DNA of 64,000 nucleotides from Opitutaceae bacterium (GTDB lineage Bacteria; Verrucomicrobiota; Verrucomicrobiia; Opitutales; Opitutaceae). A program made the translations under genes and the position numbers. The notes below the pieces were generated by a model. The model ran no database searches and was not told the DNA's origin. It saw only the letters and a program-made list of their open reading frames with translations. The stretch lies in assembly GCA_003151495.1 (NCBI GenBank), contig PLXR01000042.1:84523-148522 (forward strand), written 5' to 3'. Positions 37,017-47,174 of the stretch are shown here, piece by piece (position 1 is the stretch's first letter; each line of letters begins with the position of its first letter).

Positions 37017-39155
37017 GTGCCTGCAATATCCCCCGTCCCCGTCCGTCCTCCCCGGGGCGCGGCGCCTTGGGCGCGCGCCGGGGCCGTGCCCTGGCTTCGA
37101 CTTGCCGCCGCGGGGCTGGTCCTCCTTGCCGCGCCGGGCCGCGCGCTCGCGGCGGACTGGGCCCTCACGGGGGCGTTGGGCGCGCACGACCCGGGCATCA
37201 TCAAGGAGGAGAACACATGGTGGGCGTTCTCGACCGGCCCCGGGATCCCGGTGAAGCATTCGCCCGACGGGCTCGCCTGGGCCCAAGGGGCGCCGGTCTT
37301 TCCCTCGGAGCTGGCCTGGTGGCGGACCTATGCCCCCACGATGGGGCCGAACGACGTCTGGGCCCCCGACGTGCACCGGTTCGCGGGGCGCACCTGGTGC
37401 TACTACTGCGTCTCGGAGTTTGGGAAGAACAACTCGGCCATCGGGCTCACCTCCTGCAGCAGCGTCGCCGTGGGGGACTGGCGCGACGACGGCCTAGTCC
37501 TGGGCTCGGCGGCCGGGACCGACTCGTTCAACGCGCTCGACCCGGACCTGGTGGTCGACTCGGCGGGAAATCCCTGGCTCGTATACGGCTCCTATTTCGA
37601 CGGGATCCATGTCGTTCGCCTGGACCCGGCGACCATGAAGCCGACCGGGAGCGCCACGTCGATCGCCTCCAGGCCCAACGGGATCGAGGGCTCCAACATC
37701 GTCCTCCACGGGGGATACTACACGCTCTTCGCCTCGATCGACCAGTGCTGCCAGGGCGTGAACAGCACCTACAAGATCGCCTTTGGAAGGTCCCTGGCGA
37801 TCACGGGGCCCTACGTCGACCTGTCGGGTGCCGCGATGCTGGGCGGCGGGGGGACTGTGCTCGACTCCAGCGGCGCCCGGTGGAAGGGGCCCGGGGGGGA
37901 GAGCGTCTATGACGACGGGAACGGGTGGGTCATCGCATTCCACGCCTACGACGCCCAGAACAGCGGGGCTCCGACATTGATGATCAGCGACCTCTACTGG
38001 GACGCGGGCGGTTGGCCCTCCCTGGCGGCGCCGGCCCCGCCGGCGGCCCCCGTCTTCACCACCCAGCCGTTGTCGGTCGCGGTGGCCGGCGGGATGGTCG
38101 CCCTCGACGCCTTCGCGAGCAACGCGCCGGCCTACCAGTGGATGAGGGGCGGCACGGTGCCGGTCGCGGGCGCAACGGGCCCCATCCTGGTCCTGGACGA
38201 CGCCTCCTCAGCCCTGGGCAGCTACACGTGCGTCGCCACGAACGCGGCGGGCACGGCGACGAGCACTGCGGCGGTCGTCTCCCTTGCGGGTTCCTCCGAC
38301 CCGGGGCGGATGATCAACCTCTCGTGCCGGGCGCTCGTCGGCACCGGGGCCAATATCCTGATCACCGGGTTCGTGGTGGGCGGCCAGGGCACTTCGGGAT
38401 CCGTGCCCGTGCTCATCCGCGCCTCAGGGCCCGCGATCGCGGCGGCCCCGTTCAACGTCTCGGGCACCCTTTCGGATCCCGGCCTCCAGGTCGACATGCT
38501 GGGAGGCGCGGGCGGGGCCGTGCCGGTGGCCTCGAACTCGGGATGGGCCGGGTCGCCGGCCATCTCCGAGGCCGCGAGTTCCGTGGGGGCCTTTGCCTGG
38601 GGAAACCCCTCGAGCGCGGACTCGGCGGTTGAGACGACGCTTGCAGCCGGGCCCTACACGGCTGAGGTCTCGGGCGCGGCGGGGGACACGGGTGTCGCCC
38701 TCGCCGAGGTCTACGACGCGACACCCGGCGGTTCGCGGGTGGCGTCGTCGCCCCGGCTTGTGAACCTCTCGGCGCGGGTGGCCGTCGGAACCGGGGCCAA
38801 CGTGCTGATCGCGGGGTTCGTGATCGGGGGATCCTCGGCCAGGACGGTGCTGGTCCGGGCCTCCGGTCCCGCGATCGCGGCCGCGCCGTACAACGTTCCC
38901 GGGACGCTGCCCGACCCGCAACTGACGCTTGCGAGGCCCGGCCCGGGCGGGGTGGTTTCGGCAAACACCGCATGGGGCGGCGCCGCCGCGATCACTGGGG
39001 CGGCCGCCGGGGTCGGCGCGTTCGGGTGGAGCGACCCGGCGAGCAGGGACTCGGCGATCCTCGTGACGCTCCCGCCGGGGGCGTACACGGCGACGGTCGC
39101 CGGGGCCGCCGGCGACACCGGAGTTGCCCTGGTCGAGGTCTACGAGGTACCTTGA
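37017..39155 (+). CDS. GH43 endo-arabinanase-like hydrolase with C-terminal Ig-like domain and two tandem ~149-aa repeat modules
   Basis: AHDPGIIKEENTWWAFSTG, VWAPDV and the five-bladed propeller pattern. Ig-like block YQW...GSYTCVATNAAGTATS. The GTG start is uncertain. Confidence 0.88.
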   Translation: MPAISPVPVRPPRGAAPWARAGAVPWLRLAAAGLVLLAAPGRALAADWALTGALGAHDPGIIKEENTWWAFSTGPGIPVKHSPDGLAWAQGAPVFPSELAWWRTYAPTMGPNDVWAPDVHRFAGRTWCYYCVSEFGKNNSAIGLTSCSSVAVGDWRDDGLVLGSAAGTDSFNALDPDLVVDSAGNPWLVYGSYFDGIHVVRLDPATMKPTGSATSIASRPNGIEGSNIVLHGGYYTLFASIDQCCQGVNSTYKIAFGRSLAITGPYVDLSGAAMLGGGGTVLDSSGARWKGPGGESVYDDGNGWVIAFHAYDAQNSGAPTLMISDLYWDAGGWPSLAAPAPPAAPVFTTQPLSVAVAGGMVALDAFASNAPAYQWMRGGTVPVAGATGPILVLDDASSALGSYTCVATNAAGTATSTAAVVSLAGSSDPGRMINLSCRALVGTGANILITGFVVGGQGTSGSVPVLIRASGPAIAAAPFNVSGTLSDPGLQVDMLGGAGGAVPVASNSGWAGSPAISEAASSVGAFAWGNPSSADSAVETTLAAGPYTAEVSGAAGDTGVALAEVYDATPGGSRVASSPRLVNLSARVAVGTGANVLIAGFVIGGSSARTVLVRASGPAIAAAPYNVPGTLPDPQLTLARPGPGGVVSANTAWGGAAAITGAAAGVGAFGWSDPASRDSAILVTLPPGAYTATVAGAAGDTGVALVEVYEVP
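38307..39152 (+). repeat. Intragenic tandem duplication encoding two ~149-aa modules
   Basis: Module 1 is RMINLSCRALVGTGANILITGFVVGG...GDTGVALAEVYD. Module 2 is RLVNLSARVAVGTGANVLIAGFVIGG...GDTGVALVEVYE. The period is about 447 nt. Confidence 0.8.
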
Positions 39156-39168
39156 CGGCTCCACCCCC

Positions 39169-39555
39169 ATGAGATTCCCGTCGGCCGGTCTTGCATTCGC
39201 ACTCATCCTCTCGGGCGCCGCCTGCGCGTCGCGCGCTTCCTCGCTCGCTTGGGAGAGGACCGTGCAGGAGGTCGCGGCGAAGCCGGGCCAGGAGGTCGTC
39301 AACTTTGACTTCCCGTTCCGGAACACGGGCGGCGCGGCGGTCACCATTGTGTCGGCGGAGGGGAGCTGCAGGTGCCTGGCCGTCGAAGTCCCGGCGCCCA
39401 CGGTCGCCAGCGGGGCGGAGGGCCACGTGCTCGTGGCCTTTTCCGTGGGCGGCGCCAGGGCCGTGCAGGAGAAGTCCGTCACGGTCGTGACGGACGAGCC
39501 GGGACGGGTGCCCGTGACGTTGGTCCTGCGGGTCGCGCCGCCGGCGACGGGCTAG
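39169..39555 (+). CDS. DUF1573 domain protein (secreted)
   Basis: Signal peptide MRFPSAGLAFALILSGAACA. FDFPFRNTGGAAVTIVSAEGSCRCL is the DUF1573 hallmark. Confidence 0.8.
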   Translation: MRFPSAGLAFALILSGAACASRASSLAWERTVQEVAAKPGQEVVNFDFPFRNTGGAAVTIVSAEGSCRCLAVEVPAPTVASGAEGHVLVAFSVGGARAVQEKSVTVVTDEPGRVPVTLVLRVAPPATG

Positions 39556-39610
39556 CAGCGGGTTCTCGCGGCCGCGAACCGGAGTCGTAACGTGGTTGAT
39601 CGCAGTTCAT

Positions 39611-39616
39611 TATAAT
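39611..39616 (+). promoter_or_regulatory. Candidate -10 element upstream of the second TonB-dependent receptor gene
   Basis: A perfect TATAAT sits inside the only AT-rich island (TTCATTATAATTTAACC) of the 39556-39714 intergenic region, 99 nt upstream of the ATG. No convincing -35 element at 17-nt spacing. Confidence 0.3.
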
Positions 39617-39714
39617 TTAACCTGGGTTTCACGCGGGGCGCTGTCGGGTTTGCAGGACGGATGGCGCATTAGGGTCGATCCCCTAACTCCAAAACACCGA
39701 CACCCGCCCCATCC

Positions 39715-42444
39715 ATGACCACGATCGCCGACACCCTGCCCGGAAGGTCAATCCGCCGCCCCGAGGCGCGAACCACGTTGCTCCTCACCCTCGCCCTGCT
39801 CGGGGCGTCCCCCGCACTGGCCCAGCAGGCCCAGGCGCCCGCCCCGGCGGACTCGAATGCCGCGCCCGTTGTCATGGAGACGATGACGGTGTCCACGGTC
39901 CGGGCCAGCCTGATCACGGCCCAGGAGCTGAAGCAGAACGACCCCAACCTGATCGACTCCATCGTCGCCCAGGACATCGGAAAATTTCCCGACAACACGG
40001 TGGCGGAGGCGCTCCAGCGGATCCCCGGGGTCCAGGTCTCGCACACCGCGGGGGAGGCCAACAGCGTCGTCATCCGCGGCCTGCCCAACATCGAGACGAC
40101 CCTCAACGGCTATGAGGTGTTCACGGGCACCGGCCGCGGCGTCGCCTTCCAGGACATTCCGGCGGAAATGCTCGCCGGGATCGACGTCTACAAGTCCATC
40201 GGGGCCGACAAGATCGAGGGCGGCGTCGCGGGGCTGGTGGACATCCGGCTGCACCGCCCCTTCGACTTCTCGGGCCCCGAGTTCGCGGTCACCTCGCGCG
40301 GCTACTACAGCGACCAGGCGAGGAAGGACAGCTACAACGTGAGCTTCCTGGCCAGCGACCGCTGGAAGTCGGGCAACACCGAGTTCGGCATCCTGCTCGA
40401 CGTCTCGCAGTCCCGCCAGCTCTACGAGGACCAGATCGCGGACAACTACGTCCACTTCGGGGCGAACGGGGAGCAGTTCGACCTGGCGACGGACTCGACC
40501 GGCGCCCGCGGCTACTATGCCGACAACTACGGGCTCCAGCTGATCCCGGGAAGGCGCACCCGCCCGGCGGCGTCCCTCATGCTGCAGTGGAAGAACGACG
40601 ACGGCCTCTCCCTCTACTGGGACAACCTGTTCACAGGCTACCGCAACGACCACCAGGTCGACTTCTTCATCCCGATCCCGAGCTGGGGCGGCTACACCGA
40701 CACGGTGACGCTCTTCCCCGCGGGCTACGAGGGCTACACCGTCCCCGAGACCTATGACAACCTCGCGACGCCCGCCCGCTTCGTGAAGAGCTTTGTCGCC
40801 CACAACACGAACACGATCGCAAGCGAGCAGTCCTTCAGCGACAAGACGAACACCTACCAGGGCGCGGTGGGCGGGGCCTGGGACAAGGACCGCATCAAGG
40901 TCGACGGGGAGGTGAGCTACAACTTCACGACGGTGAACACCCGGGGCATGATCCTCGACACCCTCGTCGTCACCCCGACCCTCGCGGTGACGTACAACCT
41001 GAACGCGCCGACGTCGATCAACATGTCGGGCGTCGACTACACGAACCCCGCGAACTTCCACCTCCTGCAGTACTTCGACCAGTGGGGGCGCGACCACAGC
41101 ATCCAGTACGCCGCGAAGAGCGACTTGATTGTGAAGCTGGACTCGCCCGCGCTCAAGTCGCTCAAGTTCGGCGTCCGCTACTCCGACCGCAGCGTGGATT
41201 CCCACTCGGACAATCCCGGGAGCACGGGCCTGCCGTTCCCGCTGGCGACGAGCGTACCGGGGCTCGAGAGCCTCTCGCCGTCGGCCCCCTTCGTGTCGTC
41301 GAGCCAGCTCAACGTGCGCCAGTGGGTCGCGCCGAACCCGGGCTTCATCCTCTCCAACGCCGACACGCTCCGCCAGCTGGCCGGCCAGCCGACGGGCCTG
41401 CCGCAGGTGGACCCGTCGCGCACCTTCCTCGACTCCGAGAAGGACTTCGCGGCGTACGCCCTGGGCGTGTACCACGCGGACCTCGGGGGGATGCCGCTCG
41501 ACGGGGAGTTCGGGCTGCGGTTTGTCGACGCCCACGACGGCCTCGGCGGCTACGAGCGGCAGAACGTGAACGGGTCGTCCACAGGGCCCTTCGCGCTGAC
41601 GACCGTCAGCACCTCCCGCTCGGACGTGCTCCCGACCGTCAACGGCCGCGTGAAGCTGACGGACACGCTCCTCCTGCGGGCCTCGGTCACGAAGACCGTG
41701 ACCCGCCCCGACTATGCCAGCCTCAACCCGGCGGTGTCCCTGACCTCGCCGGGGCCGACGCTCCCGGGACAGGGCTCGGGCGGCAACCCGAACCTCGATC
41801 CCATCCGCTCGACCAACTATGACATGTCGCTGGAATACTACCCGGCGAAGGCAAGCCAGGTCACGGTGGCCGGGTTCTACCGGACGATCGACGGCTACAT
41901 CCAGAACTACGCCGGCGAGGAGACGATCAACGGCCACCAGTACAGCGTGACCCGCCCGCGAAGCACCCACAACGGCACGCTCCAGGGCCTCGAGGCCGGC
42001 TATCAGCAGTTCTTCGACTTCCTGCCGGACGCCTTCAAGGGGCTCGGGATGCAGGCAAACTTCACCTACATCGACGGGAAGACGGAGAGCCCGCTCACCG
42101 CGCAGAAGACCCCGCTCGCCCAGGTTTCCCGCAAGAACTACAACGTCGTCGGGATCTACGAGAGGGGGCCCGTCTCGATCCGGCTTGCGTACAACTGGCG
42201 CGACCGGTTCATCGACAGCTTCAACCAGCCCGGCATCCAGCCGACGACCGTCTGGGTCCAGCCGAACGACCGCCTCGATTTCTCGATGGACTACGACATC
42301 ACGAAGAACCTGGCGCTCACCTTCGACGCCACGAACATACTGGACCACAAGTACCACGACAACTTTGGCAACCTCTCCATGTTCACGCGGGACGTGCGCA
42401 GCTACGACCGGACCTACGGGATCGGCCTGAGATACCGCTACTAG
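39715..42444 (+). CDS. TonB-dependent receptor (TIGR01782-like, glycan-uptake type)
   Basis: Signal peptide, plug blocks (IDSIVAQDIGKFPDNTVAEALQRIPGV, VVIRGL) and a barrel ending ...YGIGLRYRY. Confidence 0.92.
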   Translation: MTTIADTLPGRSIRRPEARTTLLLTLALLGASPALAQQAQAPAPADSNAAPVVMETMTVSTVRASLITAQELKQNDPNLIDSIVAQDIGKFPDNTVAEALQRIPGVQVSHTAGEANSVVIRGLPNIETTLNGYEVFTGTGRGVAFQDIPAEMLAGIDVYKSIGADKIEGGVAGLVDIRLHRPFDFSGPEFAVTSRGYYSDQARKDSYNVSFLASDRWKSGNTEFGILLDVSQSRQLYEDQIADNYVHFGANGEQFDLATDSTGARGYYADNYGLQLIPGRRTRPAASLMLQWKNDDGLSLYWDNLFTGYRNDHQVDFFIPIPSWGGYTDTVTLFPAGYEGYTVPETYDNLATPARFVKSFVAHNTNTIASEQSFSDKTNTYQGAVGGAWDKDRIKVDGEVSYNFTTVNTRGMILDTLVVTPTLAVTYNLNAPTSINMSGVDYTNPANFHLLQYFDQWGRDHSIQYAAKSDLIVKLDSPALKSLKFGVRYSDRSVDSHSDNPGSTGLPFPLATSVPGLESLSPSAPFVSSSQLNVRQWVAPNPGFILSNADTLRQLAGQPTGLPQVDPSRTFLDSEKDFAAYALGVYHADLGGMPLDGEFGLRFVDAHDGLGGYERQNVNGSSTGPFALTTVSTSRSDVLPTVNGRVKLTDTLLLRASVTKTVTRPDYASLNPAVSLTSPGPTLPGQGSGGNPNLDPIRSTNYDMSLEYYPAKASQVTVAGFYRTIDGYIQNYAGEETINGHQYSVTRPRSTHNGTLQGLEAGYQQFFDFLPDAFKGLGMQANFTYIDGKTESPLTAQKTPLAQVSRKNYNVVGIYERGPVSIRLAYNWRDRFIDSFNQPGIQPTTVWVQPNDRLDFSMDYDITKNLALTFDATNILDHKYHDNFGNLSMFTRDVRSYDRTYGIGLRYRY

Positions 42445-42565
42445 GGCCCGCCCCGGGGCAGCCTGCGCGAAACGGAGCCGGCCCGGCAGGGCGGCGCCGG
42501 CCCCTGCGTCCCCGCCCGAGCCCGTTGATTTTGACCCCGAAATTCTCAATATCCGACCCGAACCG

Positions 42566-44530
42566 ATGAACACGCGGAGGCTTCTCCCCCTTGCAGTCCT
42601 GCTCGTTGCGATCCCCCTCGCTCACGGAGGGGCCGTCCTGCGGGTGCAGGCCGGCCAGCCCGGCGCGCGGATCAACCCGGTCATGTGGGGGGTCTTCTTC
42701 GAGGACATCAACTTCGGCGCGGACGGCGGGCTGTACGCTGAGCTGGTTAAGAACAGGGGGTTCGAGTTCCCGGAGCCGCTCATGGGGTGGACGACGATAA
42801 GCCCGTCCCTCGCCAAGGGGGAGGTGACCGTCCGGACGGATTCCCCGTTCGCGGACGCGAACCCGCACTACGCGAGGATCGTCTCCGAGGGGACGGCCCC
42901 GCTGGGGCTCTCCAACGAGGGGTTCCGCGGCATGGGGGTGCGGAAAGGGGAGGGCTACGCCTTCTCGGCGCAGGTCCGCGCGGTCTCCGGGGCGCCGGTG
43001 CTTTCCGTCCGCCTCTACGGCGGGGACGGCGCGGTGCTCGAGACAGTGGAACTCAAGGGCCTCGCCGCGGGATGGCAGAGGGTCACCGCGACCCTTCGGC
43101 CCGCGGACACGGACGCCAGGGCCCGCCTGGCGGTCCTCGTCATCGGCAGGGGCTCGGTCGACGTGGACTTCATCTCCCTGTTCCCGGAGCGGACCTGGAG
43201 GAACCGTCCCGGCGGCCTGCGCGCCGACATGGTCCAGTCGCTGGCCGACATGCACCCGGGCTTCGTGCGCTTCCCCGGGGGATGCATCGTCGAGGGCAGC
43301 GTTCTTTCCCGGCGCTACCAGTGGAAGAACACCCTCGGGCCGGTCGAGGGCCGCAAGCTCGTCGTCAACCGCTGGAACTACGAGTTCGTCCACCGGCCGA
43401 CTCCCGACTACTACCAGTCGTTCGGGCTCGGCTTCTACGAGTATTTCCAGCTCTGCGAGGACATCGGGGCCCAGCCGCTGCCGATCCTGAACTGCGGCAT
43501 GGCCTGCCAGTTCAACTCCGCCGAGGTGTGCCCGCTGGACCAGCTAGACACCTACATCCAGGACGCCCTGGACCTGGTCGAGTTCGCCAACGGTCCGGCC
43601 GAAAGCACCTGGGGCGCGAGGAGGGCCGCGATGGGCCACCCGGAGCCCTTCGGGATGAAGATGCTCGGCGTCGGGAACGAGCAGTGGGGCCCGCTTTACT
43701 ATGAGCGCTACGAGAGGTTTGCCCGGGTGCTGAAGGAAAAACACCCGGAGATCTCGCTCGTGTCCGCGGCGGGTCCCGAGCCGGCTGATGCGCGCTTCGG
43801 CCTGGCGTGGTCAAGGCTCCGGGAGCTCCATGCCGACATCATCGACGAGCACTGCTACGCGGCCCCCGACTGGTTCTTCTCGAACGCGCACCGCTATGAC
43901 CGGTACGACCGGAGCGGCCCCAAGGTCTTCATGGGGGAATATGCCGCGCAGAGCGTCGCGACCGTCAACGTGAAGAACCGGAACACCTTGGAATGCGCCC
44001 TCTCCGAGGCCGCCTACATGACCGGCCTCGAGCGGAACGCGGATGTGGTCCGCATGGCGTCCTACGCGCCGCTTTTCGCCAACACCGAGGCATGGCAGTG
44101 GACGCCGGACCTGATCTGGGTGGACAGCCTGCATGTGGCCCTCACCCCGAGCTACTGCGTCCAGAACCTGTTTGCACGGAACCGCGGGGACCGGGTGCTT
44201 CCGGTCGAGCTGTCGCAGGAGGACGGCAATTCCGGCCGGGGGCTGTTCGCCTCGTCGGTGCTGGACGAGGGCACCGGCTCCGTGATCCTGAAGCTCGTGA
44301 ACGCCAACCACGCGGACTCGAGGCTCACCGTCCGGCTCGAGGGGGCCCGCACGGTGGCCGCGGGGACGATCACGACCCTCGAGGGGGATTCCCCGCAGTC
44401 CACCGACTCCCCCGCGAGCCCCGGGAGGGCGGCCCCCGGGGAGCGGAGCTTCTTTCCGTCGGGCCCGGTCTTCGACGTCATGCTGCCTGCGGATTCGTTC
44501 ACGGTCATCCATGTGGGCGCCTCAAAATGA
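42566..44530 (+). CDS. GH51 alpha-L-arabinofuranosidase
   Basis: GGLYAELVKNRGFEFP, VRFPGGCIVEG, GVGNEQWG and the C-terminal beta-sandwich. Confidence 0.9.
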   Translation: MNTRRLLPLAVLLVAIPLAHGGAVLRVQAGQPGARINPVMWGVFFEDINFGADGGLYAELVKNRGFEFPEPLMGWTTISPSLAKGEVTVRTDSPFADANPHYARIVSEGTAPLGLSNEGFRGMGVRKGEGYAFSAQVRAVSGAPVLSVRLYGGDGAVLETVELKGLAAGWQRVTATLRPADTDARARLAVLVIGRGSVDVDFISLFPERTWRNRPGGLRADMVQSLADMHPGFVRFPGGCIVEGSVLSRRYQWKNTLGPVEGRKLVVNRWNYEFVHRPTPDYYQSFGLGFYEYFQLCEDIGAQPLPILNCGMACQFNSAEVCPLDQLDTYIQDALDLVEFANGPAESTWGARRAAMGHPEPFGMKMLGVGNEQWGPLYYERYERFARVLKEKHPEISLVSAAGPEPADARFGLAWSRLRELHADIIDEHCYAAPDWFFSNAHRYDRYDRSGPKVFMGEYAAQSVATVNVKNRNTLECALSEAAYMTGLERNADVVRMASYAPLFANTEAWQWTPDLIWVDSLHVALTPSYCVQNLFARNRGDRVLPVELSQEDGNSGRGLFASSVLDEGTGSVILKLVNANHADSRLTVRLEGARTVAAGTITTLEGDSPQSTDSPASPGRAAPGERSFFPSGPVFDVMLPADSFTVIHVGASK

Positions 44531-45590
44531 GGGGCCGCCCCCGGGCCCCGTTTCCCTCGCCGCGCGGCTGACCACGTCGGCGGCCTCCGCTGCGTGCGCC
44601 TGCCTGGCGCTCTGGGCGCCGTTCGCGGCCGCCCCGGGTGCGGCGGCGGCGGACTGGCCGCTCACCGGGGCGCTGCGGGTGCACGACCCGTGCATCGTCG
44701 AGGACGGGGCGACCTGGTGGGTCTTTGGAACGGGGCCGGGCATAAGGTCAAAGTCATCTTCTGACGGGTTGAACTGGACGGACCGCGGGCCGCTCCTCAA
44801 GTCCGAGCCGGCTTGGTGGCGGACCTACGCCCCGTCGATGGGAAAGCTGGATGTCTGGGCTCCCGACGTCCACCGATTCAACGGGAGGTTCTGGTGCTAC
44901 TACAGCGTCTCGGAATTCGCGACGAACCATTCGGCCATCGGCCTCCTGTCCTGCGAAAGCCTGGCCACGGGCGCCTGGCGCGACGATGGCTTCGTGGTCA
45001 GCTCCGTCGACGCGACCTCCGCCCGCGCCACGTCGGATCCCGAGCGGCGGCTCGATCCCTCGGGAAGGCCCTGGTTCAACACGATAGACCCGAGCCTGGC
45101 GACGGACGCCTCAGGCGCGCCCTGGCTCGTGTTTGGCTCATGGTTCGACGGCATCCATGTCGTCCGGCTCGACCCGGCGACGATGAAGCCCGCGGGGCCT
45201 AGCACCGCGGTCGCCTACAAGCCGAACGGGATCGAGGCCCCGAACATCCTGTACCGGGACGGCTTCTACTACCTCTTCGTCTCGGTCGACAAGTGCTGCC
45301 AGGGGGTGAAGAGCACCTACAAGATCGCCTATGGGCGGTCCAGGGTGATCACCGGGCCCTACGTCGACCGCGCGGGGGCGCCGATGCTGGAGAGCGGCGG
45401 CTCGATCCTCGCCGCGGGCGGCACCCGGTGGAAGGGCCCGGGGGGGCAGACCGTGTACCAGGGAGCGAGGGGGTGGATCGTCGCCTACCATTCCTACGAC
45501 GCCGAGCGGAACGGCGCCCCGATGCTGAGGATAAGCGACCTCCTCTGGGACGCGGGCGGGTGGCCGACCCTGGCGGAGCCCCGGTCCTAG
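44511..45590 (+). CDS. GH43 endo-arabinanase-like hydrolase (paralogue of the 37017-39155 catalytic domain)
   Basis: VHDPCIVEDGATWWVFGTG, VWAPDV and DKCCQGVKSTYKIAYGRS closely parallel the other GH43. Overlaps the GH51 3' end by 20 nt. Confidence 0.88.
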   Translation: MWAPQNEGPPPGPVSLAARLTTSAASAACACLALWAPFAAAPGAAAADWPLTGALRVHDPCIVEDGATWWVFGTGPGIRSKSSSDGLNWTDRGPLLKSEPAWWRTYAPSMGKLDVWAPDVHRFNGRFWCYYSVSEFATNHSAIGLLSCESLATGAWRDDGFVVSSVDATSARATSDPERRLDPSGRPWFNTIDPSLATDASGAPWLVFGSWFDGIHVVRLDPATMKPAGPSTAVAYKPNGIEAPNILYRDGFYYLFVSVDKCCQGVKSTYKIAYGRSRVITGPYVDRAGAPMLESGGSILAAGGTRWKGPGGQTVYQGARGWIVAYHSYDAERNGAPMLRISDLLWDAGGWPTLAEPRS

Positions 45591-45599
45591 CGCGGCGCC

Positions 45600-47087
45600 T
45601 CAGGAGACCGCGTACTTCGCGCGCCTCTCCGCCAGCTCCACCTGGATGCGGGCGCCGAGCTCCTTGCCGATCGGATAGGCCGACAGGCAGAGAAGCCCCA
45701 GCACGAACGGAACCGCGGAGAAGAGGGTGGCGCAGAGCCTGATGCCGAGGAGCGCGTGCTCCGTCTGGTGGGCGTTCGGGACGTAGTCGTAGAGCGCGAG
45801 GAGCCAGGCGCTGAGCGCGCCCCCGAGCCCCAGCCCCGCCTTGAGCGCAAAGAGGATCCCGGCGTAGATGAAGCCCGTCGCCCGCCTGGAGTTCTTCCAC
45901 TCCGAGAAATCGGCGACATCCGCGATCAGGACCCAGAGGAGCGGGACCGTCGGGCCCCATCCGATCGTCCAGAGGATGGAGAGCCCGAACAGGAGGTTGA
46001 TGGAACCGGGCGGGACGATGAAGATGACTGCCGTCACCAAGGTGGAGAGCGACATCCCCGCGAGGAACACGGTCTTCTTCCCGAACCGGTCGGAGAGGGG
46101 CTTTGAGAGCACGATGCCGACGATCTGGACGATGTTGCCGGCCATGAGGAAGACGCTGAGCGCGACGGACGCCGAGTTTGAGCCGTCGGGCTTCGCGATG
46201 AGTCCGAGCGCGTCCAGGGCCGACTTCCACCACGACGGCGAGCCGGCGCCCGTGTCCCCCAGGCCCACTTCGCCGAGGAACGCCTTGAGCTGGATGGGAT
46301 CGAGGTAGTAGGCGAAGTAGTAGTTCATCGAGCTGCCCCGCAGGACGAGCGTGATGAAGATGAGGAGGGTGAGGATGAACATCATCACCCAGGGGAAGCA
46401 GGTGAAGACGTCGACGACGTCGCGCTTGAGGGAGCTCTTCTGCCTGGGGTCCGGCAGGACCCGCTCGCGGGTCACCGAGAAGGTCACCAGGTACAGCACC
46501 ACCATGGTCGCCCCGAATATCGCCATCGTCATGGACCACCCGCGGGCGGAGTCCCCGTTGCCGAGCTTGTCCACGAGCGGGAGCGCGAGCGCGGTGATGA
46601 GGAACTGGCCGGAGAGCGCCGCCACGAACCGGTACGACGCGATGCTCGTCCGCTCGCCCGAATCCGGCGTCATGACCCCCATGAGGGCCGAGTACGGCGT
46701 GTTGTTCGCCGAGTAGAGCATCATCAGCAGGATGTAGGTCACGCTGGCGTAGACCAGCTTGCCGGTGGGGCTGAAGTCCGGCGACCTGTACACGAGCCAG
46801 AACACGAGGCCGAACGGCACGGCCGTCCACAGGATCCATGGCCGGAACTTCCCCCAGCGGGTCATCGTCCGGTCGGCCAGGGCGCCGACGATCGGGTCGA
46901 TCACCGCATCGGCGCCGCGGACGAGAAGGAACAGGGTTCCCACCGCCACGGCCGACAGCCCCACCGTGTCCGTGTAGAAACGGGTCTGGTAGAGGATCAT
47001 CGACATGAAGAAGAAATTCGTGGCGATGTCGCCTAGGCCGTAGCCGAATTTCTCAAGGCGGGGCAGTCTCGTGGTCGGGGTGCTCAA
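45600..47087 (-). CDS. Glycoside-pentoside-hexuronide (GPH):cation symporter
   Basis: N-terminal KFGYGLGDIATNFFF motif and a 12-TM profile (MelB/XylP-like). Confidence 0.9.
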   Translation of the reverse strand: MSTPTTRLPRLEKFGYGLGDIATNFFFMSMILYQTRFYTDTVGLSAVAVGTLFLLVRGADAVIDPIVGALADRTMTRWGKFRPWILWTAVPFGLVFWLVYRSPDFSPTGKLVYASVTYILLMMLYSANNTPYSALMGVMTPDSGERTSIASYRFVAALSGQFLITALALPLVDKLGNGDSARGWSMTMAIFGATMVVLYLVTFSVTRERVLPDPRQKSSLKRDVVDVFTCFPWVMMFILTLLIFITLVLRGSSMNYYFAYYLDPIQLKAFLGEVGLGDTGAGSPSWWKSALDALGLIAKPDGSNSASVALSVFLMAGNIVQIVGIVLSKPLSDRFGKKTVFLAGMSLSTLVTAVIFIVPPGSINLLFGLSILWTIGWGPTVPLLWVLIADVADFSEWKNSRRATGFIYAGILFALKAGLGLGGALSAWLLALYDYVPNAHQTEHALLGIRLCATLFSAVPFVLGLLCLSAYPIGKELGARIQVELAERRAKYAVS

Positions 47088-47174
47088 GGGTGTGGGGAGG
47101 GCTGGGGTCCGCGGCGCACGGCTGGCGGGGGCAGCGCGAGCTCCGGCGAACGGTGGGGTTGGGGAGCGTCCCTG

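Noticed and set aside
34632-37376. 914-aa minus-strand ORF.
   Set aside because: It is antisense to the Ser/Thr kinase, whose catalytic motifs are unambiguous. Low-complexity Arg/Pro/Gly translation.
39561-39580. GGTTCTCGCGGCCGCGAACC imperfect palindrome downstream of the DUF1573 gene. It shares GGCCGCGAACC with the hairpin at 24071-24096.
   Set aside because: The stem is interrupted (3 + 4 bp with a bulge), so it is too weak to call a terminator. Two occurrences of an 11-mer in GC-rich DNA are insufficient to define a repeat family.
39748-42573. 941-aa minus-strand ORF.
   Set aside because: It is antisense to the TonB-dependent receptor, which has clear plug and barrel motifs. Its composition is shadow-like.
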